Origin: Takakia lepidozioides
Taxonomy: Eukaryota > Plantae > Bryophyta
Assembly: GCA_030704615.1 (NCBI GenBank)
Contig: CM060731.1
Location: 45,880,001-45,944,000 of the forward strand
DNA: 64,000 nt
Direction of reading: 5' to 3'
In this document: positions 13,026-26,201 of the stretch, one piece after another
Layout of the letters: each line of letters begins with the position of its first letter
Numbering within the stretch: position 1 is the first letter of the stretch
Program-made: the position numbers and the translations under genes
The notes under the pieces: model-generated
Databases searched by the model: none
What the model was told of the DNA's origin: nothing
The model's input: the letters and a program-made list of their open reading frames with translations, nothing else

Positions 13026-13217
13026 GCAGCTCTGGCCACGCCTCAGCTAAGCTCTCCAGCTGATCCCAGCCTTGTACCGCAACAAGCACCCGTTCACTTG
13101 CAAGGCACAAATCTGCAGCTCTGGCCACACCGCAGCTAAGCTCTCCAGCTGATCCCAACCTTGTACCGCAACAAGCACCCGTACACTTGCAAGGTACAAA
13201 TCTGCAGCTCTGGCACC
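13026..13217. repeat. ~89-bp tandem duplication in the SURNod19 5' leader
   Basis: CAGCTAAGCTCTCCAGCTGATCCC...CTGCAGCTCTGGC starting at 13044 and 13133. Confidence 0.9.
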
Positions 13218-15931
13218 TCCTGGTATATGCAGGAGAAATCAGCTACGATATTGTCCCTCCAGTCGCCTGCACTATCTCCACTACCGTGCATTAAGGCACA
13301 TGCAACGATCCACTGATGAGCGCTTTCAACAGCGATAACGAGACACGAGAACTGTGCTGACAAGTGTGAGACACGAGAACTCTGTTTGGCTCCTCTTTAG
13401 GACAAGCGGCTGGTCGTGTAATGCCCCCAGCTATTGTGAGAAATTTATTGGCCCTGCCACCACGCAAAAGGTCCAATCGCACCTGGGGTTAAAGGAGGGT
13501 GTAAATCAAAGTAAATATAGTCCAACTTAAGTTATGCGGTGTTCCGACGAGGGATCAAGTTAGCCCACCAGATTCCAAAAATTGCTGATGGGGCAGTGGG
13601 GCTAGAGCAGGGGTAGAGGGGGATTCCATGTGTGCACGTGTGGTTGTGGCGGGGCCCGCGGGTGGCACAGGGGTCGCGCAGGTAATGAGGCCGCAGGGTG
13701 CAGAGGGGACAGGACATGACAGCAGCCCCGCTACATTAAAAGGATCCCTATTCCCCTGTTTCTCTTATATATGGAAAAAACGTCCAATTATTTGCACGAG
13801 GGACGTTGTCGTCTGGTGATAGGTTGATGGCGATGTGGCGGTGCAGGTCTCGGGTTCCATTTCTTGAACGTGGTTCCGGTGGTTGGTGGGTTGGCTCTTC
13901 CTGCAACTAGCTCCACGGAGGTGGTATTTAACTACTCTCATGCAGGTAACTCAGCTTGGTTTTGCAACTACCTTCATGTAGAAAATCCTAAAACTACCTG
14001 CATGGAGGTAGTTGTAAAATTCAAATGCCAAAAAAATTCTAAGTCCTTGACGCATGGAGGTAGTTTGCTCCTATATTAATGAGATGGCCTGACGGTCGTC
14101 TGACCAGCCTCATAACGACGAGGCCACACAAAATTCTGAGCCGAGCTACCCCTACCCGCGCAAGGGAAGCGCTAGGGGGAGCGAGTCTGTTGGGCCCACA
14201 AAACACCTGCAGATATGTAGATAAATAAAGGGTTGTAGATAGTAGTGGCTAGTGTGCATGAACGTGAAGTTTGCTGATCAAATCCTGGCAGGGTGACATT
14301 GTGGCGGTAATATGTGTTAATTAAAATATGTATTTTGTTTGAGGAGGGTCCCAAGGTTGGAGTTAGGCGCTTGCCAGTTGGAATCCGTTGTTGGTTAGTC
14401 CACTCGTCAATTGCCAGTATGCTAGTGAGTCTGCTCGCCAGTCCGCCGAACTGAGTCAGTCTGCTGGTCAATCCGTTGGTCAGTCCGCTCGCCAGTTGGA
14501 GTCGGTTTGTTGAGGGTTTGGCCGATCCGCTAGAAGGTCCGCCGCCGTTAAAGAACTAGGACTTAGAAAAAATTCCGAATCTACACCCGGTGAAAGGGGG
14601 GTGGGTTCATGAGCTCACCCCGGGCAGTACTGGCAGGGCCCATAGGTGCACTCAAATCCCAATTATTAAAAAATGAGAGTCATTCCACATGACCCTTTTG
14701 CCGTGTCATAAATTTGAGATATTGAAGGTGAATATGAGAGAAGTACGTGGGATACTTTGACCCCCTGCAGTGCATTTCCAGGGGTTACACTCGGTCCTGC
14801 TTTAATGTTAGGCCTCTAGAGTATGAAATTTCTAACAGATAGCCAGGTATCACATATAACCGGAAAGCACGGAGAATTTCATAAATTATCAGTTACAAGA
14901 GGCAAAGTAAACCACGTCCTGCCAATGAAAGGTAATATTTAACTATTGAGTAGGTTGAAAATATAAAAGAATGTCGGTTTGTCGACAAGTAGAATGCCTA
15001 GCTAAGATCATTTCCTTTTAGATTGCTAAACACTTCACACGGGACAAGCACTAGTATCGGTGTTTTGTTGCGCAAGATATAAATGTAAAGTGTCAGTGGC
15101 AGCTTGAACCTCATGAATGGATGAATGGATGCTCTATTTTGGGGATGACTCTCTATGGAATCTAACTACTAAGGAGGTGCGTTAACACTATGAAGAGTAG
15201 GATAAACTAACAATTAACCACTTAACACTCTTGATATGGTTTCTAGTGTATTTCTTTGTAGAGTATGTCAAGTTAAATAAACAGAGTGTGAAACTAACTA
15301 GAATAAAACTAGTTATTTATATTTAACCCTTGGATTTAGTTCAAGTGTTAAGTCAGGTGTCAAGTTTGAGCTTGACACCTGAACCATCTTATCTTCACGA
15401 GAGCGTCAATCGCGCAGCTCATCTCTCTCGAGGTGAGCCTGCGCGACCGAGCTCCTTCATGCTTTAGAATCTGAGTGTGCTTATGTAGGGGTATAGGTTG
15501 TTGTGGGGTGGAGTCCCCATAGCTTGGGGTGCCCCTGGCTCGACTATTATATTAAAGAGTGATGTTGAGGGATTTCATGTTTCTTGTGTGAACAGTGTGT
15601 CCTTTAGCTTTCGTATCACTCGAGAGAGATGAGCTTGTTTCTGTGAGTGCCAGAGGTGAGTTTAGTTTTAGCACTTGTGGTTTTTGTTTTGAAAGTGAGA
15701 GAAGTGATTATCTGTGTTCAGGTAATTTTTAGTTAAAAAGATGTAAGTTTGGCCACTTGAGCGATGGTTGGAAAGCGCGGTGAAGCCTTCTACTGTCTAT
15801 CAGCGTTGTCATCGTGGTTGCCATCATAAGGCTGACGGTGTGACAATGGCGGCGCCTTCCAGTGCCTAGGTTGAACGTATATGCCCGGAGCATACTGGTC
15901 ACCGCCAACCTGTGCATTACGCGCCACCGCC

Positions 15932-16100
15932 GGTGCGGAAGCCGATGACGAAAGAATATCCTTCTTGCTGAAGGAGTTGGATGGTAAAGATATTACGGAG
16001 GTGATTGCTTCCGGCAGGGAAAAGTTTGCATCTGTGCCATCAGGCGGAGGCAGCGGCGGTGGTGTTGTGGTGGCTTCCGCTGGTGGAGGTGGAGGTGCTG
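15932..16100 (+). pseudogene. RPP2: Isolated fragment of 60S acidic ribosomal protein P2
   Basis: [40 protein letters not shown] matches the P2 core. The N-terminal exon and the acidic C-terminus (EESDDDMGFSLFD type) are absent. Confidence 0.85.
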
Positions 16101-17889
16101 GCTCCATTGCACACAGTCTGCATTTTTTGGCCCTGGAGAGCCGACATCCTCAACTGCCCATTCTTTTCCCTGATGCTAGATGATGTGACCGCCGGAGCTG
16201 CCACTGCTACAGCCGCTGCTGAAGTCGCTGCTAGAGCCGCCATTGTGGCTTGACAGGATGCAAAGGTGGTGGATGTGAGTTCATCATCTAGTGGAGACGT
16301 GGTAGCAAAGAAGACAAAGAAAAGAAACGGAGAGATGAAGCAGAACTTCAGATCTGCAGATGTTTAGATCTTCACTGAACCGCAACATAGATAGATGAAC
16401 TTGCTGCGGTTCAACCATGTTGACTAAGATCACTCCTTGAGCGGCCACCATGGCCAGCGAAAATGGCAACATATGTCACGGTCTGTTTTCAGTTGCACGT
16501 TTCGGTGGTGGTCAGCAGTGCACAAAAAAAATATATAGTCATTGCGGCTGGTGCTATAAGGCAGACCAAGATGTATATGGTGCACAGAGGTTGATGAATG
16601 AGGCCTAAGACAACAATCCGGGCCTGAAGTTTAAAGACCCCGAAACCTGTGATTACACCTACAGGGACTTACTATTTGTCCTAGCATTGAACGTTGTGGA
16701 ACTGGTCAGCCAATCCACATCCGAGTCACTGGTGGTTACTAGCAATGGGTAGGAAGCTGGTGTGCGACTATAGCCAGCCACTATGAAGGAGTAGTTGTGG
16801 GCTGGTTGATGTGAGGTTGTCTAGCTGCACATTGCGAGGAAGCAAGCAAATGGATGGACAAGGTCAGGCTAGATTTTCTAGCAAGTGCGTAAGCTGTTGT
16901 CCAACAAGGAAAAGCTGATCAGCAGTAGAAGCATGAGATGCGACGTGTGTGACTTAAGATAGATGTGCACAGGGAAGGACCAGCCGCGTAGCCTGCTTTG
17001 CGATCAGGTCTTGCATCAGGTCTAGGCGACAGTGGCGGCATTAATGTTTGTGAGACGGGGTGATCTCATATATTATCATTGCGGCCTAGTGAAGGAAGAC
17101 CAGGTGAGGCTCTACATACATGACCAGCGGTGCTTTGATCCGGAGTTGCAGTTAGAAATTGTGAGACAAAAAAAAAAACAAAACATTGTAGTACATTTGG
17201 CATTTCGGCCACCAACAGGTGCAGGTCCAATTATATCACTTGGTCCTTGAAGTGGTACACCAGGCCGAGCTTCTCCCTTTTGATTTTGCGTTCAGTTGGA
17301 AGCCCGCTATCAGTTCTCAAGATGGGACAGCTTCATCCCATCGCCTTGGCTCTGTGCATGTCCCTGGTCATGGGGACGTAATAATCACCCTAAGCCAGTT
17401 TAGAGTGGTGTTTGAGGTCCTGGAGAGCTTGAGCGTTTACAGCACCAGCGTATACTGTAACCCTCTCGGCTATGGCGATCTTCAGGCTGCTCTTGGGGTA
17501 TATGCCAATGGTCGATAAAGGTATTAGCACCACCTTGGAAATCACAAATTGAACGTGATGGTCTTATTGTTGTGGTTGATATGTATTTGCCCAGTACATG
17601 AATGGTTGCGGAAAGCCATCCTGGTTGTGGTCACTCTGACAGGGCAGTAGACATGGGCTCTCATATAACAACAATAAGATGGCATTGATAGCAGCAGCTT
17701 CAACAAGGTGTTCTCGTTCTGAAAATCTGGCATACCAATGAGGACATTACCTTTATCATGGTAATTCCACTGTGGAGAGATTGAGTTAAGAATCCAAGGA
17801 ATTCTTAGGGAACCAGGGAACAGGGAACCAAGACAAGTATTGAAAAAAAAAAAAGAGGGGGACTTTTCCTTGTATTTGTTTTGTCTTGT

Positions 17890-17920
<31 letters not shown>

Positions 17921-18149
17921 GTTATGTTTAAAGAGCCTGGTTGGTCATATCTTTGTCAAATGAGCTCCGTTTGACTCAGTTTTCGAGGGGATAGTTGCAG
18001 AAAGGGGAAATCTGGTTTTTGTTTTTTTGAACTCTGCTAAAAATCTATGGAATTTTTAGAGTGTGAGTGTGCCATGAAAGATCCACAATTCTGTTTCTAG
18101 AACCTGTTCTGGTCTATATGAGAGACAAATTTGTGGATGTCCTCCTTGT

Positions 18150-18899
18150 ATGGCTGGGGGAAATGAGGACGTAATTGAAGGGCAGGTCTCGTCTCTTAGC
18201 CTGTGCACACAAGGGGACAAGATTTATGTTTCCCAAGGAACTCAGACTGATTTGAGTGGAGAACAGTTGGACGAGTTGATTGCATACTGGGAGTCGGGCA
18301 TTAGCAGTAGACAACAAACTGCTGTAGTTGGCGTTGAGGGCCTCAATATTGCTTTGGACAGTCAGAACTCTGTTGGAGCCAGCAGTTCTGCAGCTGTAGG
18401 TGAAATACCAAAGTGGGTGAAAACTAGGCTTGGAACACAGCCAAAGACAGCCCCGGGGACCAAGGTGTTCAGCCACAAGGCCGTGGTGTACTGGAGTAGA
18501 AGAGCAGAAGCTACACAAGTTTGTGCAATCAGACAGCGTTGCAGCCGGACACGCTCTGCACAAGGCAACCACGAGCGGGGGTTCATTAGCAAGGACAAGT
18601 TTGTTCTGTTTGAAGGAGATGCAGTCATTCGCAATGAGGACACCCGCAACCGTCTCAAAGCTTTCGAGTTGAGAGACTATCAGACCCTACCTTTGTTTTC
18701 TTTAGTGTTCAGTGAGCGGGAGATAGCAGAGTGTTGCTTTGTCTCTACCTGGCAGAAAGAGGAGGAGGGTTGGTTAGAGCGAGCTACTGTAGCTTGGGAC
18801 AAGGTTAGTGGCAAGTTTCTGGACATAGATATACCTCCTACACCTTACTATCATGCAGAGCAAGGCACTTTGAGAGAAGTCTGGCAGTTGATAGCATAG
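18150..18899 (+). CDS. Unknown 249-aa ORF upstream of a Gypsy gag (probably element-encoded)
   Basis: ATG-initiated open frame with no recognisable motif, ~500 bp 5' of gag on the same strand. Confidence 0.35.
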   Translation: MAGGNEDVIEGQVSSLSLCTQGDKIYVSQGTQTDLSGEQLDELIAYWESGISSRQQTAVVGVEGLNIALDSQNSVGASSSAAVGEIPKWVKTRLGTQPKTAPGTKVFSHKAVVYWSRRAEATQVCAIRQRCSRTRSAQGNHERGFISKDKFVLFEGDAVIRNEDTRNRLKAFELRDYQTLPLFSLVFSEREIAECCFVSTWQKEEEGWLERATVAWDKVSGKFLDIDIPPTPYYHAEQGTLREVWQLIA

Positions 18900-19418
18900 A
18901 TCAGGATTAGATCTTGCTGGGTCGGGCTTCTATTCTTCCCCTCCATCTCTGTACTATTTTCATTATCTTGTACTTGTAGTTGCCAAAGCCTCTCTTGGTG
19001 GAGGCCAGTCAGTCCGGGGTTTTGGGCTGGGATATTCTGCAGGTCAGCACTACAGATGGATTTTGGTGTGCGGGTGTTGATGTTTTGATTTCTTGTGGTT
19101 GGATCCCCCCCAACACCGGCATGCTTGACTGTGCGCCATGTTGGTTTTGTGTGGGCGCTTGCTTTCATAGGGATTAGGCCGGATTTGATCACCGGTCAAT
19201 CCTAGAGTATGCTGTCGGTGGTGAGGCTGGAGTGATGACCAGCAAGACCACCAGTGTTTCTTCTATGGTGAGGCTGGGTTGATGACCAGCCAACCATAGG
19301 AGTTCTTGCGGTGGATGCAGGTGCAGGTGCCCTGAGCCACTGGGATATGACCCTTAAACTGCAACAGGTGCCCACCCGTGTCACTATTAGAATTAGTACT
19401 AGAGCATTATAGTGTCAC

Positions 19419-20994
19419 GTGGGGGAGGTGCACATTGTGAGTGTCATCACGGAGTTACCCAGGGGTTCTGAGGGGAGTACGGCTACAGGCAGTAGCAGTG
19501 AGAGTGGGTTCACTAGACGAGGTATTCATTTCAGACCACCTTCACCTCCACCCTCAACTAGTGCAGAGTCAGACACAGACTCGGAGGCTTCATCAACAGG
19601 TGTGCAGTTTCATTCGCCATTATTGTGGGACGACATGGAGGAGATGTATGGAGCTACCAAGGGGCCTCGTAGGTACTCTGGAGCTGTGGGCACAATCGAG
19701 TTGGATGACTTTATCCAGGAGTTCGACAGCTGGTGTGATTTGCAGCAGATGCGCAATCCACAGCTATTCACCCCATTCATGGCGTGGAAGCGGCTGTTCC
19801 AGCATTTGGAAGGCCCGCCTATGGACGATTACCACGAGTTCAGGCGAGGACATGAAGCAGAGATTGAGGAGTGGAGGATGTATTGGTCACCTGACTATGT
19901 CTCCATTACTCGAGGCACGACGCGACTAGTAGCTGCATCAGTACCAATATCTCCCACTGCCAGCATTAGTAGTGGAACAAGTAGTGCCGGTACTTCTGCA
20001 GGTGGTACCAGTTCAAAATGTGCTACTACTCCTCCTGCCACGACTACAACACATGTGCCTAGATTCAACCCGGTGGTGGAGTTCTTTCAGGAGTTGCGGA
20101 GGAACTACCAAGGTGTACGGACAGAGAAGCTGCGAAGTTTGCAAGACTTCCAGCGCAAACCCAGTGAGAGCTTGCGAGAGGCCTACACTCGTATGAGGCG
20201 CTTGATAAGTGTGACCCAAGGGGTTACTGAAGCTCAGGCAATCCAGTTCTGGTATGGAATTTTGGACAAGGAGCTCAGGAGAAGGGTGCGGGATGCACCC
20301 TGTTACAAGCAGCCCAACCCACATTAGCAGATGTGTTTCTGCTGGCTGAGCGGATTGAGCTCAACATGGTGGAGGAGCGAGTTGTTACCATTGGATTTGG
20401 CAAAGACATGCCTGCACGAGGCACAGCTGCCAGCCCACAGGCATAAGGGACTGCCCAACAGCGTGGTCAGGGGGGCAAGGTTTCCCAACCCAAGTTCCAT
20501 GGAGTTTACAGGGGACCTCAGGTGCAGAGGCCCGTGGCATCTTTTGCAGGCCAACAGCAACCAGGGGTGATATGTTGGACATGTGGAGGACCCCATGTCA
20601 AGAGAGATTGCCCAGAGAGTGGCAGAAGGCCGGCACAAGCACAGCCTGCACAGTTGCAGTGTAGGCATTATGGCAAGTATAGGCATGGAGATGCCCAGTG
20701 TTATGACTTGCATCCTGAGTTGCGCCCAGGCCAGTTCCAAGGGAACAATGGTGGCCGGGGGCGAGGTGGACCAGCCCAGAGAGGACGAGGTGGTTGGGCA
20801 TGAGGTGCAGGCCAAGGGCAAGCTCAACATGGCCAAGGACGCGGAGGTCAGGGTGTTGACCAAGGCATGGCCAACCGGCTTCAGCAGCTAGAGCAGAGGC
20901 TCGCTGCCATGGCTACAGCTCAGACGGTACCGGCTCCCAGGCGGGATGGTCCACCTCCTGCGCCTGAGGGAGGAGATATGGGAGGCATGGGATT
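19419..20994 (+). mobile_element. Ty3/Gypsy gag region (frameshifted), cut by a nested chromovirus
   Basis: Capsid-like LDDFIQEFDSWC and FQRKPSESLREAYTRM; Zn knuckles CWTCGGPHVKRDC and a degenerate CRHYGKYRHGDAQC; RG-rich tract. Ends abruptly at the LTR TG at 20995. Confidence 0.8.
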
Positions 20995-22134
20995 TGTCGC
21001 GCACCTCCCTTCAGTAAGCTCCCCTTCACGTCATAGCTACTCGCTTTGATGCGCGCGCCTGACTCCCAACCTGGCCGCCGGGCCAACTTGGAGCTTCGGC
21101 TGCTCACCGGGACATAACGGTCCCCCTTCGCTTCCCACTAAATCCTCCACCTATTTGGGACTAGTGGAATTCCCTTTGGTAGATGGCAGTCCGGAACAGC
21201 TCCCCACTCTTTGGTCGCTTTGTGGCTCGCTCGCTTACTAACTAATTTTTGGTCACCAACGGGCTTGCACCGTTCTCGGGGTTACTACTCCTTATATATA
21301 CTTCTGTAGCTGTCCGCGGGGGTTTCGTTCTCGGGGTTACTACTCCCTATATATACTTCTGTAGCTGTTCGCGTCCCATGGTAAAGAACCAAACCCCACA
21401 CTTGACTCTACTCTCCACTAGCTAGTTCGGCCGACTTCCTCCAAGTCCCGGCCAAGGGTGGAGCCTCTCCAGCTCCTCCCAGTGCACTCTTCTTGGCCTA
21501 CTTCAAGGCCAAAGGAACGATCCTCCCCGAGGATCGAATCGCCTTACTGCAACAACATTGCTTGCGATCGCTCATGATGCTGCTTTTGGCATCACCTTGA
21601 GCAAGGGTTCCCTGGAACCCTCTTTGACTAGGAAGATAACCTTGAACCAACCGTGCGCCCCAATCACTACAATTGGGTCCGCCTTGGAATGCTGGCCTGA
21701 GGTACGGGAACACGCCGAAGCCGCACTACGACTTCGTCCCGAGGCTACACGATTATAGTACGTGAACGGAAGCACGTAGCTTCCGCGTTAGCCCGCACTA
21801 CAAGGCAACCCCCTCGGTAGCGCAGTTATAGTACGCGCACGCGCCAGGTGCGCACTAGCACGTGAACTCCCAAAGAAGTCGCAAGTTTCCTTGCCCCTTG
21901 GATGGGGGTCACCCGATTTCGGCACTACGCAAACACACGATTAACCCAATTTACCTCTCCCACTTTTATAAGCTAGCATGCATTCTACATACTAGCCAAC
22001 GATACCATGCATCACCATTCCAAACAAAATAGGACGCACAACATTTGGAACCCATTTCCTTTATAACAAATTTTTGTAGAATACAAGTTTTTGTAATCGG
22101 ATTCCTAAGCTAGCTAAGCCGGGCTAAGCATGCA
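20995..22134 (-). repeat. 3' LTR of the chromovirus (~1.1 kb) preceded by a PPT
   Basis: On the minus strand the PPT GTGGGGGAGGAAA follows the pol stop and is followed by TG at 22134; the LTR ends GCGCGACA at 20995. An alternative start TGTTGTGC at 22043 is possible. Confidence 0.65.
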
Positions 22135-25100
22135 TTTCCTCCCCCACGCTCCAAGGTTGATGTCCCCATCAACTCTTCTTCCGCTTTTGAGGTCGCCCTT
22201 CGAAAACTGCGACCGCCTCGGATGCGTTTCCCATTTCTGAGGCACGCACCCAAGATGCCTCCACCTGATGATAGCCCTTCCATTTGACGAGATACTCCAT
22301 TTCTCGGTTCCTGAACCTCCTCGACTTAAGTATTGCCTCCATCTCGTACTCAGGTTCATTCTCATGATCCAACAGCATAGGTGGCGGACGCAACACTTGG
22401 TGCCGATTCGGACGCGCTTCATCTTTGAAGTAAGGCTTCAAAAGGGAGACATGGAATACTGGGTGCACCTTGCTGTTTGCCGGCAGCTCCAATTCATACA
22501 CATCCTCATTCATAACCTTCCGAATGCGAAAGGGTCCCGCATACGGAGGTACGAACTTCGGACTGACTTCCGGAGGTAGTCGGAAATTCTTGATGTTCAA
22601 CCAGACCTCTGTGCCTGCCTCAAATTTCACTTCCCTCCGCTTCCGATTCGCCTGCCTTTCATACCGTTTCCTGGCTTTGGCAATGTTGTACTTTGCGAGC
22701 TTCAACAAACGCTCGCGTTTTTCCAGTACCGCCGCTACTGCCGGTTCTTCGACGTCCTGGGCGGCCCAACTTGTCGGCACCAGAGGTGCTTTTCCATAGA
22801 CCAATACGAAAGGGGAAACTCCCGTTGCGGAGTGTTCTGTGTTATTATAACAGAACTCTGCCGCGTCTAAGTGTTCCACCCAGTCTATTTGGTCTGCCGA
22901 CACGTAATTCCGCAAGATCTGCTTCACTACGGAATTCACTCTTTCTGTTTGGCCGTCGGTCGTAGGTCGGAAGGCGGTGCTCATCTTTAGCCTCGTCCCC
23001 ATCTTCTTCCAGAGTGCCCTCCAAAATTTACTCGTAAACTTTGGATCGCGGTCCGAGACAATATCCTTCGGGACTCCATGATGCTTTAAGACGTGGGCGA
23101 AGTAAAGTCGCCCTGTCTCCTGCGCCGTTGCCGTCTCCTTGGTGGGGATGAAATGGCCTATTTTACTGAACCTATCCACCACCACCATGATTGCATCGAA
23201 TCCTTTTGACAGCGGCATAGCAGTCATGAAATCCATCGAGACGCTTTCCCAAGTCCCCTCTGGAATCGGCAAGGGTTGAAACAGCCCCGCTTGCTTTTTG
23301 TACTCGCTCCGGTTTTGTTGGCATGTGGTGCATGTCTTGACATACTCCTCTGCCTCCTCCCTCAGTTTGGGCCAGAAATGCCGCAGTGCGCTTGGCTCCG
23401 CCGTGGCCCGCAAGCGGGCTATCATGGCATTCTCTCAAGAGGCTATCTCTGATCCCTCCCTTCGGCACGTAGAGACGTTTTTGCTTATACCGGAGCAGTC
23501 CATTTTGCAAGTGGAACTGCGATTTAACCCCCATCCTCAAGTCCTGCATCACGGACTTCGCCAGCTCATCCTTCCGGCAAGCCTTCCGGATCTTCCTTTG
23601 GAGCGTCGTCTCGCCCTTGTACACCAACAAGAGCTGTTGCTTTCTACGTAAAGCATCGGCCACCACGTTGTCTCGTCCCGGTTTGTCCTGGATATCCACA
23701 TCGAACACCGCCAAAGTATCTTGCCACCTAAGTTGTTTTGGGGACAACTTGGGCTGCGTGGCAAAATACTTCACCGTGACATTGTCCGTGAACACCTTCA
23801 CTGGGTTGGAACCAACATAGTGGCGCCAAAGCTCAAGACAATGCACCACCGCCTTCATCTCGTTTTCGTGTGTCGGCCACCGTTGCTCCACTTCATTCAG
23901 TTTCTTACTTTCGTAAGCCACTGGACGTCCATCTTGCATCAGTACACCCCCAATCGCGAAGTCCGACGCATCTGTATGTATCTCGAACGGACGATCGAAC
24001 TCCGGGATTTTCAAGACTGGAGCTTCCGCCATCCGCTGCTTCAATTCAGCAAAAGCTTGGCCACAAAAAGTGTTCCATGCCCAGACTTTAGATTTACACA
24101 GAAGGTCTGACAGCGGCCCCGCAATCTTGGCGAAATTTCTCACATACTTCCGGTAATAGGAGGCGAGTCCTAGGGAGGATCGCACTCCCGAGACCGAAGT
24201 CGGAGGCTCCCAGTACAAGATCGCCCTCACCTTTCTGTCATCCATTTTGATCCCATCCTGTGTAATCACATGCCCCAAGAACTCCACTTTCGTGACCCCG
24301 AATTCGCATTTTGAAGCTTTGGCGTACAGCTTCCCTTCCCGCAACTTTTGGAACACCCTTTTGAGGTGCTCCAGGTGTTCCTCCTTTGTTTTCGAGTACA
24401 CCAAGATGTCGTCGATGTACACGATCACAAAGTCATCCAACCACTCATGAAAAAGGTTGTTCATCAGCGTGCTAAAGGTCGCCGGTGCATTAGTGAGCCC
24501 AAAAGGCATCACCAAGAACTCATAAGAACCATACCTTGTCCTGCACGCGGTCTTCTCCTCATCTCCTTCCGCCACCTGAATTTGATGATAGCCGGAGCGC
24601 AAGTCGATCCGGCTGAAATACTTCGCTCCTGCCAACCGGTCGAAAAGGTCGTCGATCCTTGGCAAAGGGTACCGGTTTTTAATAGTCACCTTATTCAAAG
24701 CCCTATAATCGACACACATCCGCAGCGTCCCATCCTTCTTGTCTGCGAATAGCACCGGGGCTCCGTAAGGTGACTTACTCGGCCGGATATACCCCTTTGA
24801 CATTAGATCCTTGAGCTGAGTTTTCAGCTCGACCAACTCCCTGTGGCTCAACCGGTAGGGTGCCTTGGCAGGCGGTTCCGATCCCGGTATCACCTCAATC
24901 TTGTGGTCAACTCCTCTTCGCGGTGGCAAGCCGCTTGGTAAATCCTCCGGCATCACATCCTGGTATTTCTCCAAGATCCCCTTGATGCTCGGCTCCCCAT
25001 CGCCTTCTCCCTTCACTTCTCTAATGTAAAGCAAAAACTGGGGCTCGTGTGCCTCCTCCACGGCCCACTCCCTTGCTGACAGAAGGTTTATTTGCCCTCC

Positions 25101-26201
25101 CACGGATTTGGGCGTTTCCGACACTCGTAAGGCCTCGCCACCATTCCCACATGGCAGCGTGACTACTCTCCTGCGGCCATCTATGACCGCTCCGGATTTG
25201 CTCAAAAAGGTCATCCCCAAAATGAGATCCACTCCATCGATCTCGCAGATGGTGAAGTTCTCACGTCCCTCCCAACTCCCCAGTTGAAGAGGAACATCAA
25301 ACGCCAACCTTGTCGCCAACTGTGGTTCTCCTTTGGCAGAACACACCTCAATAGAGGCCCCCACATCACTCGTCGGGAGTCCCAACTTTCGCGCCGCCGC
25401 CGGCGTCATGAAGGAGTGCGACGCTCCTGTGTCCACCAACAACGACACGTTAGTTCCGGATATTATCCCATCCACGAACAATAACTGACTCCCTTTACGC
25501 AGGGCGCCAGTTTCCTGATACAACTCACAAGAATAGTTGCCCACCTTGCAAGTCCTGGCGACCACCGCTTCCACCAAGCGACTGATGGTATCTTCCGACA
25601 GCTCCGTGGTTGCCCGAGTCATGTTCAATTGTCGAGGTTTTGTGCACTTCTTGGCCATGTGCCCGGGCTCCCCGCAATTGAAACACACTCCATCAAAGGT
25701 TGCCTTCTGTCCGCCATAAGCCGCTCCACCCGCTTTTCCTTTCGAAGCACCGGGTGCCGCCTTGACGTGTGAAGGCCCTCCCTTCGATTTCCACGTGCCA
25801 TTGTCGCCACGTGGCCTATCCCACTTCTTTTCCGGTCGGAAGGAGTCACCTTCCCGTCGGGTCTTCTTGTGGTTCAGCTCCGTACGGCCTTGTCTCTCAC
25901 CCCTAGGGACATCCGAGAAACATTCAGCCCTCTCAATTGCCTCGTTCAAAGTCTTGGGTGGCTTCTCCTCCAACTTCCGCCTGGCCCATGGGGCCAGTCC
26001 CACCACAAAGTTGAAGACCATTTTCTGGTTCTGCCATGTCCGCGACTTCGAGCAACAGCACATTGAAAGCCTAGACATACCCCCGAATGTCATCTTTTGC
26101 TTCAAATTCCTCATCTTGTCCCGGGCAAGCCAGGACGCGTTGAGGGGCACAAACTGTCTCTTCATCAATTCCTTGAACCCACTCCAGTTCAAGGTTTCCG
26201 G
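20995..26201 (-). mobile_element. Ty3/Gypsy chromovirus (Galadriel-like) gag-pol plus 3' LTR; 5' end lost in the gap
   Basis: Zn knuckle [14 protein letters not shown]; protease [10 protein letters not shown]; [11 protein letters not shown] and YIDDILVYS; RNase [10 protein letters not shown] and [23 protein letters not shown]; integrase (frameshift near 23390) MDFMT, SDRDPKF, DGQTER; GPF; chromodomain EYEMEAILKSR..YLVKWKGY..ASW. ORFs 23172-26192 and 22169-23425. Confidence 0.95.

Noticed and set aside
13299-13640. RY (CATGCA) and G-box in the SURNod19 promoter implying regulation by the neighbouring ABI3
   Set aside because: Single hexamers are expected by chance; no clustering.
16500-17800. 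Possible degenerate integrase or LTR remnant
   Set aside because: No convincing motif in any frame.
18980-19177. WDILQVS...GVDVLISCGWIPP resembling DNMT motifs III-IV
   Set aside because: Lacks the catalytic Pro-Cys and any ENV motif, and lies upstream of gag; probably coincidence.
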